Shown here: one piece after another, positions 13,791 to 24,600 of the stretch
Layout of the letters: each line of letters begins with the position of its first letter
Position numbering within the stretch: position 1 is the stretch's first letter
Origin: Takakia lepidozioides
Lineage: Eukaryota; Plantae; Bryophyta
Reading direction: 5' to 3'
Assembly (NCBI GenBank): GCA_030704615.1
Contig: CM060731.1
Span: forward strand, 85,312,001-85,376,000
Length of the DNA: 64,000 nucleotides
Notes under the pieces: model-generated
Databases searched by the model: none
Seen by the model: the letters and a program-made list of their open reading frames with translations, nothing else
What the model was told of the DNA's origin: nothing
Translations under genes and position numbers: made by a program

Positions 13791-14178
13791 TTGGTGTGCA
13801 CATGTGTTGTGTGGTTGTGGATAGCAATGTAGTTATGTAGCGATATGTATGCGCACGACAGCTGTCAAGTTATTTTATCAGTAGTGTGAAACTAGCTAGG
13901 AAATAGTTAGTTTTGATATATTGATATTTGGGATTAATCCAAGTGTCAATCCAGGGGCCAATATATGTTTGGGCACCTGACGTTGTTATCTTCACGGCAG
14001 ATCGCGGTGGGCTCATCTTTCTCGAGTTGAGCCTCACCGTGTCTAGCTATGGCGCTGTAGTGTGGATTCCCCATAGCGTGGGGTGTACTTGGCTCGACGT
14101 AATATATGAGTGATGTTTTCATGTGCAAGTGTGTGAGTTTGAGAGAGCTTGTGTGCTTGTATATTCTTTCTTTATCAT

Positions 14179-14409
14179 TATGATGGACTAGTGGCAGCCT
14201 AGTGATGGACTAGTGGCTGCACTAGTGGTGGCTAGTGGCAGCCTAGTGGTGAACTAGTGGCTACACTAGTGGTGACTAGTGTTTGTCTAGTGGCAGCCTA
14301 GTGGTGCACTAGTGGTGGACTAGTGATAGACTAGTATTTGGTGTGCACATATGTTGTGTGGTTGTGGATAGCGATGTAGTTGTGTAGCGATATGTATGCG
14401 GACGACAGC
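14179..14409 (+). repeat. Second, truncated LTR copy head-to-tail with the first
   Basis: TATGATGGACTAGTGGCAGC...GATATGTATGCGGACGACAGC repeats 13523-13862 with a shorter minisatellite. Confidence 0.8.
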
Positions 14410-14795
14410 GGGAATGTGGCATCCCCCAGTCCTGGCGAAAGAGAAACATGACTTTTGGTTTTTCCCTCACGACATCCAGCAGTGTGTTCGTGGCAGAGTG
14501 AGCAAGGATGTGAAGGACAGACCAAATCCTCTTCACGTTTGGCTTGTTTTAGTTGGGACAGACTTGACGCAGGATAAAGTAAACAGTCTGGATTCTGCCG
14601 GATTCCGACTTGTCCCAAGAGATGACGTTCCACGCCACATCCCCGACAGTGATGACAGAGGTGCCGTTTCGGCAGGTCCATACGAGGATAGGGCTTACTA
14701 CCCGACGAAAAGGTGGAACAGGGTGTACAAACGGAAGAAGCCCACAGCTAGTGCGCGAGTGAAGGTGGGGTTGGCTTTGACTTTAAAAGCAACCA
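14410..14795 (+). pseudogene. MULE transposase C-terminal region (pre-SWIM), related subfamily
   Basis: FWFFPHDIQQCVRG...VWLVLVGTDLTQDKVNSLDSAGF aligns with FWFCRHDIMTCVFG...VWPVAPGCSLSQNEADALSATGF of copy 2. Confidence 0.75.
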
Positions 14796-15532
14796 GTTGT
14801 CTTCCAATTCCCAAGTTCAAATGTCTGGATAAACAAAAAAAGCAAGAATGCATGGCTCCAAAACACACTATCCATTGCAAGTCACACCACCCTAAACATG
14901 CCAAAGGCGAAGTGATAAATCGGCGACGATTTATGAGAACCTGGTGCCATTGATGATGGCCTCCTGGTAACTGGTTTTGAGAAATCGGCTCCGATTTCCC
15001 AAGACCACCGTACATGTGAACGAATACAAAAGTCCTCAATCTCTCACGGTTGTACGATAGGTGAGCAGCATTCAGGAACTTCATTATACACAAAATCTTA
15101 ATTCGGTAATGGGTGTTCGACATGGAGACAACAAGTCGGCGACGACTTCCAGTTGCGGCCTTGCAAATTTGCTAAATTGAAGCAACGGAATATTACATAC
15201 ACACCTCACGATATTCGACTTGCTGATTTCATATGTGTGCAGTGAGGTTTCATGTGGGTGAAATCTGGTCGCCGCCGACTACAACATCCACGAATGCCAG
15301 TGCCTGAAACGGAACCATCAACCTTACAAATCGAAGAGAAGTTTCCCTCTGATCTTGCAGTGACTTGCCTTACAACTGCGGAGGTAGATGTGTGCCTACC
15401 CCCCGACAAGTCACCGGCGAATTTCAAAATGAGCACGGATCGTGTGTGCCAAGAGTCCAAAAAACAATGTCACTGTAGGGGAGGTCGCAACCACATTTTC
15501 AAAGTTGAAATCACGTTTTGCAAATCCTAAGA

Positions 15533-15836
15533 CTACACCCAGGCACAGAGGTCGTTCGCCAGCACTGCGGTCACCTCGTTGATACTGAGTATGGGGAAAT
15601 GGACGGTCTCCGAGTCTGTCGAGCACCAGAGCCGTCGGATATATATGTGATAAAGGTGCTTGCAGTGAGTGTAAGCACCCTTTGAATTTCGCATCTTCAA
15701 AAAATCAGGGCATGTACAGTCGGGATATATAGAGATGGTGACATTGTAAACCTCCCCCTTCTTGGAGGACCCAGCAGTGGCCATGCTATACACTCTTCCA
15801 ATGCCTAGACGAGGGACATCCCGAAAAGATATAATG
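15533..15836 (-). pseudogene. SWIM zinc finger of the same transposase (inverted relative to 14410-14795)
   Basis: YNVTISIYPDCTCPDF...CKHLYHIY (CxC..CxH). Confidence 0.85.
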
Positions 15837-15959
15837 TTTGTCCGAGGAGAAGTTGCGTTTCCAAACTATAGCCTGACACTTGACAAAATGCAATGTGTAT
15901 CCATGCTCAGAACCTACATTGACAAAGAGGGCAAGATGCATTCAATTGCATCCATGTAT

Positions 15960-16650
15960 CTATGCAGTGACTATGAAAAGAATGCAAACACACACTAAGA
16001 GTTCGAACCGAGTCGCCAGGGTGTGGAGAGTCCAAGCAAATTCCACAAGGTTGGAAAGCTTCTGTATCCGCAGGAACAACAAACTCTGGAAAGGAAGTGG
16101 AAATGACATCGATGGATGCACCACTCCACTGCCAGTCGTGGTCATCGTCGATTCCTTCATCGTCTGCACCTCATCATCCTCGGTTGGTGTGGCAATGTCG
16201 GAGGAGTTCCCTTCCTCCTCTGTATCCTCTGTATCCTCTATACCCACCTTGTCTTCCCGAGCTTCCAAAGCTTGCAGAGCTCGCAGAGCTTCGTGCCGTG
16301 CAATACAGTTGCCCAGCTCATCGGCGTCTAGGAAAAAGCAGAGTTGCGTTGATCTCTCGTCGACCTCTCCCTCCGCAATATGGCTGGTGAGATTTTCATC
16401 ATGATGGGCGACGTCTAGTGTACTCTGTGGGATGCTGTGAGAGCCATTGGTTCTTCTTTGTTCCTCAGCTGTCCCGTCTTCATTTTCGCACCGCTGACCC
16501 TCCATGTCTTGCAGAGCTTACAGAGCTTCCAGAGCTTCCTACCGTGCTATACATTCGCAGATGTCATCGGCGTAATAGGTCCAGTAAGAAAGCGCATGGC
16601 TGTTGTTGAGCACAGGGTTGTAACCTTGATCTACGCGGTCCATTCGACGA
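15960..16650 (-). pseudogene. Acidic ORF remnant with an internally duplicated motif; unknown product
   Basis: ADDICECIAR*EALEAL*AL and ADELGNCIARHEALRALQAL; DNA repeat at ~16250-16335 and ~16500-16580. Confidence 0.3.
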
Positions 16651-16740
16651 GATAGAGAAGCTGGAATAACAATGGAGGATGTAAGCGACTAACACAAAGG
16701 GACAAAGGGACAAACACTACTGAACACCGCAAAGACTGTT

Positions 16741-17100
16741 GAACGTAAGGGGACAAGCTGCTCCCGCTGAACCCGTTCACTCGACCGGATCTCCATAATC
16801 CAGCAAGCGGGAAATCAACGCCGACTTTACTTTACCCTTCCAGACGACCATTGTTTCCGGTGGGGGAAATCCGTCAGTCCGGAAATCGCCGCCGACTTCC
16901 CCTCCGATCGGGATCGCTATGAACGTAAAGGGACAAGCGGAACCCGTTCACTCGGCCGGATTTTCATAATCCGGCAGGCGGGAAAACGCCGCCAACTTTC
17001 CATTGCCCTTCCAGACAACCATTTTTTCCGAAACCCCCCGCCGGTAAATTGCCGCCGACTTCCCGTTGCCCCGGGATGTACTAATCGACGCTGATTTCAA
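16741..17100. repeat. Two ~180-bp direct repeats containing degenerate AAATCGCCGCCGACTT palindromes
   Basis: GAACGTAA.GGGACAAGC...AACCCGTTCACTCG at 16741 and 16921; about 5 palindrome variants. Confidence 0.7.
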
Positions 17101-18619
17101 GCATTGCCTGTGCGGGGCATTTACGGGGGAAAAAATTCATGGCATTGCTATTCCGATGTGTTGCTCTCCAAATATTTGGATTTTCGCATATTTATAACCC
17201 TATTACCATTGGCCTAAAATCCCCGCGGGTTTGGGGGGTGTAGTGTGTAATTCCACTCGTTTGTTCAAATTCCCCCTCAGACTCTCTTCTCCTCATGCTC
17301 ATGGCCACTCTGCTCACTGCTCATGGGAAAGCATTCCCCCGTGGAATACCAGGATGGCATGCGCTGGAGTGTGCAACTCACAAACCAACCAGGAGGTCTT
17401 CGGCCTTCGAAACGTATGTGTTTCAGGTAAATTTCTGGAACGCCCAACCCAGGTTTGGTTAAAACGTTGATTCCCTTCCCTGTGTCTCTAATCCCACATC
17501 CCGTCTTCCAAACAGGTACATCCACAAGTACCTCTGTGGAGAGAGAAAGTTTATGTTGTCAACTCCACCTCGTCCCTGGGTAAGTGATTTGCTGGGGACA
17601 ACTGCCTACAACAAAGAGCAATTGAGTGTGTACAAGGGCCACGTTCATGCGAATTGTCCCTGGCGGCTGGACATGCAGGAAGGTTATTTGCCTGCTGAAA
17701 AGAGGAAGGCGTATGAGGACGCACAGGCGAGTCGTATTCTTCCTGCCGCGCATGCACTCGTCAATCTCATTGGCGAAGTCGGAAATACAACCGAGATTAG
17801 CCCTGTTCTCCTTGCCGCTCGGCTCCCTCATGACGGTTGCTGCTCTGTCCCCGCGGCATGTCCTTTCCAACGTCCATCTCCTGGAAAACAGAGGGAGTCG
17901 AGGGAGCAGGTTGGACCGGATAACATGAATAAAAAAGAGAGAAATGAGAGAAGGGAAATTGGGAAGCGGAGGAGCGGATACAACTCTGTTTATCCCACAA
18001 ATTATCTCGACCGTCATATCATTTCAGGAAATCCTAAATCCAGCATTGACTTACAGTTGACTGCATATCATTGACGCCTGAAGCGCCGGAAAAAACCTAA
18101 AGCGCCTGCGAGGGTTTAGGTTTACCGCCAAAGCGGACCTTACACAAGCATAGCCAAAGACAGTTTAATAATTTTTGGGTATTTAGATTATTTTTCATTT
18201 TATACAAGGTGTCAAGAAACTTTATTACCGGTCATGTTCGGTGACAAACATCGCTTTGGGCCCGGTACCGTACTTGTTTGCACAAATCATCATGACAGGA
18301 TAAAGTTCGGCTCCGAACTCAAACTTTACAGATGCAAAGCCAAAGACAAGCAAGAGCTGCAACTGGAAAGCAGTTGTGGTGTTCGACGCCGAACAATGCT
18401 TCGTTGAAGCCCCAACCACATTCTTATACAACATCCATTTTTTGGCAGTTCGGTGTTGAACCTCCCTAATAGTCACACTCGAAGAAAATCAAAAATCAGT
18501 TGAACCCTGAGGTAATGTCCATGAAAAGGTTTTATTTCACAAGGGCCTAATTATCCGCTGCAAGAGCTGTGATTTGAAGAGCAGGTTGCTACAATGAATA
18601 GAGGGCTACAAACAAAACC

Positions 18620-19232
18620 AACTAGGTCCTCATCCATGTCCACTTCCATCGATTTGTTGCGAAGCCTAAATTCTGAATTCTCCTTCGCGAGGCAGAATAC
18701 AAAGAAAACTCTGGTCTGTGAACAAAACTGGATGTCAGAGAACTGAAACAAACATCACATCTATGGTCTTGCAATAAAGCACAGAAACAATGACTGTACA
18801 CAGGTATTTCAATATTCCCTCACATGTTCTGTGACATTCGACATGAGGGGGAGGTAGTTTACGCACGTCCACTTCTTCTTCATGATTATCATGGCAGTCC
18901 GAACTTCCTGTTCGGTTTGGTTGTCGCCCTTTGTAAACAACACAACACAACACATCCCTTGTCGTGTAGGAGCTTCCCAGCCAGAGACAGAGCATACAAG
19001 ATGTCCTTCAAAGTCTCCTCATTCCATTTCGAGATGCCATCGCCTCCAGTTTCCTTCACTGTAGTGCCGTGAGGGATATCAGCCATGAGGAGCTCCACTG
19101 CACCGAATTATGCATCCAGTCCATTGATTTCCGAGAAATCTCCATGCGAAACAGATCTTATCCACTTGTCAAGATGTTTTTTCTCTTGGGGCCACTCACC
19201 ACTCTGCTTCCCATCGAACATTCTACTGTAAT
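18620..19232 (-). pseudogene. Beta-class (N6A/N4C) DNA amino-methyltransferase-like pseudogene, N-terminal half, with intron
   Basis: SVSHGDFSEINGLDA*FGAVELLMADIPHG...WNEETLKDILYALSLAGKLLHDKGCVVLF follows the GD...vDLii.DPPY...L...G pattern; GT-AG intron 18823-18743; frameshift at an expanded GTGTT repeat (~18940). Confidence 0.55.
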
Positions 19233-19689
19233 CTGCATGGATGCAAGTAACTAAAGTCGAGTACAAGATATTTGTTCCAATCTTCCTGGCCGCGAAGGGC
19301 TTCTCATCAAAGAGGCATTTCTTGCTCGCAGACTGGAGGTGGAGCCGACTGAACTGCTCCTCGACTCAAGCCCATCAAGCCCCATCAAACTTGCATCCCC
19401 CATGGATGCATCTGCGTTTGGCGTCCTGCTCCCCAGACTGCCTCCAGCAGCGACCTTCATAACCTTGGTAAGTTTGTCCTTCTTCTTTGCCCCCGCCCGA
19501 CGAGCTTTGGCCTTTGCGCCCTTCTGAATCACTTGTTGCTCATTGTGTTGACGAAGCCGCTCTGCCTCAGCTGCATTTGCCAGGACTGTTGACTGACGAG
19601 TAGCCTCCTCGGCCCTTGCTTGCTCATCCAACTCTACTGATCCAGTTATGACTATGATTCGCTCAGCAGTGTGAGGCTTTTGGAATGAA

Positions 19690-20056
19690 TGCGGCTCGGC
19701 CCACCGCCTTGGCAATTGGGGACTCCTCCACAGATGACAGAGAGGAGGAAGGGGACAAGGAATGGGATGAAGATGAGGACGAAGATGATGTTTGGGAAGC
19801 GTTCGGCGTTGTAGAGGAGGATGTTGAGCGCAGCTAGACTGGGGTTTCTTTGGATTTCATCGAAAGCTCTTATCCTCAAACTATTGTTTCTACAGCAGTT
19901 GTTGGGTCGGAAGCATGTTCCATATGCATGGAGCATCCAAGACCTGGGAAAACAGTTAAAACACTCAGCCTCTGCACTCATTGTTTCCACAGTGACTGCA
20001 TCGACGGATGGCTGCAATTGAATGCATCCTGCCTACTTTGCAGACAGAGGTTGTGA
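19690..20056 (+). pseudogene. RING-H2 E3 ligase fragment
   Basis: CSICMEH...LSLCTHCFHSDCIDGWLQLNASCLLCR (C3H2C3), preceded by an acidic tract with an in-frame TAG. Confidence 0.8.
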
Positions 20057-20194
20057 GGGAAATGATTTGTATTTCTTCCTGTGTAGAAGTTTAGTTGTGT
20101 TCCTTGAGACTTTGGAGGTCACCAGATTAGCAGTTTTGACATTTGCAGGATCTCCCTGGATGCAAAATGATCTCTGCAATTAAAAATTAATGAT

Positions 20195-20557
20195 GGCGTT
20201 AGCATCCCACAAGAGGCCAGATCCATTATCCCGGAAAGCATGCGATCCCGGGAAGTTGAGCAGTGTAGGTAGTGCTGCTCGTGGTTGATCCACCTGGTTG
20301 ACCACTGCCAAAGGCAAACGGTCATCGTGTCTCACACGCTGAGACTGCCTCCATGTGTCCAAAATGCTGTCCACTGTGAGATGTGCTGGCCGTTGCACCC
20401 CATCAAATACACGCTTGAGCAGTGTGGGTGACATCAAGTTAGTCCACCATAACCGTGGACGATGAGCCCGTGACCCCACTGCAGCTGCATCCAGCTACAC
20501 TGCTGACCCAAGCCACGACAGGACTTTATGCACACGGGCCATCACCCTGGCCCGAGA
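20195..20557 (-). pseudogene. DNMT3-like methyltransferase fragment (motif VIII + target-recognition region)
   Basis: V*LDAAAVGSRAHRPRLWWTNL...LTVDSILDTWR...LPTLL aligns with DNMT3A [21 protein letters not shown]...LELQECLEHGR...VRTIT. Confidence 0.8.
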
Positions 20558-21692
20558 TAAGTGACACATTTTCCAATATGTATGCAGAAGATACAGCTTG
20601 ATGAAGCTGTAAGTGGCGCAAAACCCGCACCATCTCCCAAAACAGACCCGACCTCAAGTCTCGCAATCCATTGTCATGCCCGACTGATGAATGCCCTTAG
20701 CAGAGCCAACCTGCCACTACTAGATCAATGGAGCCAACCCGCTCCAAATCTTGTGCCCCCAACTCCCAATATCCCTCAAAAGGCTCCAAAGGCCGGCCCA
20801 ATACTAGCTTCCAAGGACCTCCAATAGTCCGAAGTAAAGGGAATGACAGAAACGGAATGCAATGGAAAACCTTCAAGCATGCAACACCACATACTAAGGA
20901 GCAAACTCAACTCTTCCAAGTGTAACCTTATTCTGTCACTCAATATAAGTCAAGTCAATGCAACCTTTGCTAAAGGGATCCACCATACAGATCTCACCAC
21001 TCAAGAATTAGAGCTATGGCGATGAGAGAGGCCTCAGGAGGCTCGTATTGGGGATGCAAGTGGAGCTTCTTGAGGGTTATTGGGATCCTTTATCACTAGA
21101 AAAAAACGAGACTTCCTGAGCCTCACGTGTAGGTGAGGCTCTACACGTCCCAAGTGAGGTTCGCCACCTCACTTGACACATAAAACCAAATGAAGTCCCA
21201 ATGCCAACAAAATACAAATACAAATATATAAAATTCTAATTAGCTAGAAATTACTATTTTACCTAACCTTGAACAAAACAAAACCAACAAACTGGCTTCC
21301 TTCATATATTGATATGGGCTGGCCTAAAGATTCTGATCCATAAATTAGTTAGAATCCATTAGTTGCCTTAACCTAGAGAGAGACATTGTTCTCCAATTCT
21401 TTTTCCTCAAAAAAGAGTTATCAACTCTAATATACTACCTGCAATCAGCCAATAAAAGATTTTACAGTCCTTATTAGGTTGATTAAACCTTTTGGTGCCC
21501 TGAGCACCAATTATTTTCTGACAGATAACCCGTGACAAACCTACAAGCTTTGACTATGATTCATGTGCCAAACCTTCCCACAGAAACAGGGGTGACCTTG
21601 AGGGACAGTCAAAGCATCTGTAGCCAGAAAAGGGTTCCAAAACACATGAACCCTATGAAAAGGGATTAAAATACTCGCACCATCATCTGCTA

Positions 21693-24600
21693 TTAACAAG
21701 GTTCTGGGGGAACCAGCTTAAGGCTTCGCATCCATTCGCAAAAGCTGAAGTCATCAGTCTGCAAAAAGTTGCCCTTCAACCGCGCTCTTTGCTCCAATTT
21801 CAAAGTTCGTAGCTGTGGAAACCTGACTTCCTGCTCCCATCCAATCAAGTTTGAACACCTCAAACCATCTTGACCAATTTACTAACTGAAGCATCATGAA
21901 CATATCTTCATGCTCAACAACAAATCTCGATTCAGCTGCTCATGGACACTCAGTTAACTGAATAAACTTGTTCCTTTTTTAATGAAAGATTCAGATATAC
22001 ACCAGTTGAGGGGACCTCAATTTTCCATGCAACCAACCATAGAAGAGGTGAGAAATAAGCCAACGCATCAACCCCTTTTCGGCCTCACAAAGAAAGATAC
22101 AGCTGACATTGCAGCAGTAGGGCTATTGAGTATCAAGTAGGATTAGGCTTTGGTAAATGAATGAAGTATGGTTACGGACCTGCTCATAAGGGGAGTCCTT
22201 GTGTGCCGGTATCAGCCTAGCCTGTAAGTACCGTGCCTGTGAGCTTGCCTCCTGCACACCACTCCAAATCTGCTTATGTCACTGTCCTCATCCGATCACA
22301 GAAGGTCAACGCAATAGCCAAAAAATGGCAGAAATCTGAAGAATCTCAGGTCAAGATTAGAACTAAAGCACCCAAAGATGAATATGAGAATGATTAAATG
22401 GAACCATGCTCGTTCTGTTACCTTAACAGTTAGGGAAGGATATCCATCTTTCATTCCTGAGTGTAGGCACTCTACAAGGAAAACATTATTCCTTGTTCAC
22501 ACTTGATACCCTCCAAAACACAAGAACTGGTACTGGCAAGGTACAAACCCTTAATGCAAGCATGCGAGGCGCTGGGAACCGATGTTCAGTAAGTTCGTGG
22601 GCAAGGGTTCGGCATGCCGCCTGGGCTGCTGCACTTTGAGCTTCATCAGCAGCGACATCCAATCCCTGTCCAAATTGTATGCACTGCAATTGTAGCCTGG
22701 TATGCCTCACTCCTATGCTTTGTTTAAAAAGCAAATCAACCAGAGAAGTATTTACTGATTGCAGTGGTCCTGAAATTGCAGGCCTGGCGGACAAGGATTG
22801 GCTCCCAGGAGCCTAGGGCCTGCTAGCCAGTCCACTAGATTGATATCCAAGATGCAAGACTCCAGAGGATAGGTGAACATGTAACGAGATTTCCTGGAAA
22901 GTGCCTACAACTATAGTATGTCCCATCAGAAATGCCTTCCATTTCAACTTGAGAGATGTAACACAGAATTGCAAGTAATTCAATTCCTCCCGAAAGGTAA
23001 CACTGGACTCAGCAGCGAGTTTACCGTCCAAATGAAAAAATCAGTGCCAAGATGATAACAGCATCAGACTGCATAGATAAATCATTTCATCTTGAGAGAT
23101 ATAACACAGAATTGAAAGTAATCCAATTCCTCCAGGAAGATAACGCTGGAATCAGCAGAGAGTTTACCGTCCATATGAAAATGTCAGTGCCATGATCCAA
23201 GACGATAACAGCATCAGACTGCATAGCTAAATCATGGGCAGGCAGCTCCTCAAAGGTGCCTGCCTCTTGGTGCATAAGCAACCGAGGTGCCAGCATCCGC
23301 AGTGACAAATCAAACCCAGCCTGCAAGGTTCACCTCAGTACTTCTACATACAGTATTTTAGCACGGAACAAAACATTGAAAAAAAATCAAGGCCTGAGTT
23401 AGTGTGAAGTGTAGCATACAGAATAGAAGTTGCAGAGGGGCATATTCAATGTAAAGCATCTTATAAGTGGTTCAGTTCCCTTGTGAAAGTCTGCGAAGAT
23501 CAGTAGCATTTCATTCATACTGGTTGACCCAAAGAAAAGGTAATGCATACACCTGTTGGGCACCTCTAACATCACTCCCAGTGAGAAGAACTCTGCAGGT
23601 CTTCTGAAGAAGACACACCTAGAAGTTTACAAACTTGAACCTCAGACAGGTGTTTCCACTGAAACATCTCAGGCGGAGTTCAAGATGTTTCATATTTTGG
23701 ATAGGCTCATTCAGACTGTGACTGTTGTCCATGTTTAGCTGTGGAGAGAAAAGAGAAGATGATAGTTCAACACCTGCAAGTAGAGACTCCGGTACATGGC
23801 CCTCTCATCTTCGTGGCCTACAATGCTGCCCAGTAGTGGACCCCGCCTCAAGTGGAACAAGAGCTCAGGTAACCTTGACATTTCAGTAGGAAAGCTTCGT
23901 AGCCTTGAATGAGCCACTGCTTTCCCCAACTTCACGGCAATGTCTTTCAGTCGCTCATCTATGGAGACACGTGCATCAACTGCATCTCGCACAGACTTGG
24001 CCTCCAATACAGTCTTTTTAGCTAAAAGCCCCGCTTCCACCTGCCTTAGACAACAAAAGTGTCAAATGAGCTTGAAGAGAGCAGTTCTGCACTCATACAC
24101 ATCATTTGGGCTCAACTGCAACACCCCAGGAGACAGAATACATAACCCACTGATGATTTCACCAAGCCATTATATTGTCAAACCAAACATAATTGTGGAC
24201 AGCTTGCTATTTTATCCTCTAGATGACTGTTCTACTGAAGCTCACCCATGGTGTTGAAGAACAACACATTCTACAACACCAACAGTGGAAATCGGCTACT
24301 ACATTATTTGAGCATCACAATCCCCGCTGAGAGACAGCTTCAAGAAATGATACAAATATGTGAAATTCAAGGCTTGAGATTCATACCTCATCATCCACAC
24401 TTTGCAGGTAAGTTGACACGCTGCTGGTTGTAGGCAGCCGGACCGTCATAACACGAGTCACTCGCACTTGATGGAGACTTGTGAAATGCGCCGCAAACTG
24501 AAAGTACGCATAGTCATCGGTGAGACTCTCCTGCAACTTCATCACCAGTGTGAAGGCCTGGCAGTCCTCCACACTCAGCATCTGAACAGCTGTTGAAGTG

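Larger units (their letters stand above)
9762..14177 (+). mobile_element. 5'-truncated Ty3/gypsy LTR retrotransposon: DNMT(C-term)-RT-RNaseH-integrase-PHD-PPT-3'LTR
   Basis: RT ([20 protein letters not shown]), RNaseH (YSSYEGECLA, VTDH), integrase (HEELGH, CMVC, WSLDFVGP, TDQGREF, GLAER); purine tract ~13512-13521; LTR TGTGAT(13523)...ATCA(14177). Confidence 0.92.

Noticed and set aside
17231-18074. Protein-coding gene
   Set aside because: Overlapping ORFs with no motif I can recognise; the same holds for 48880-49950 and 53047-53591.
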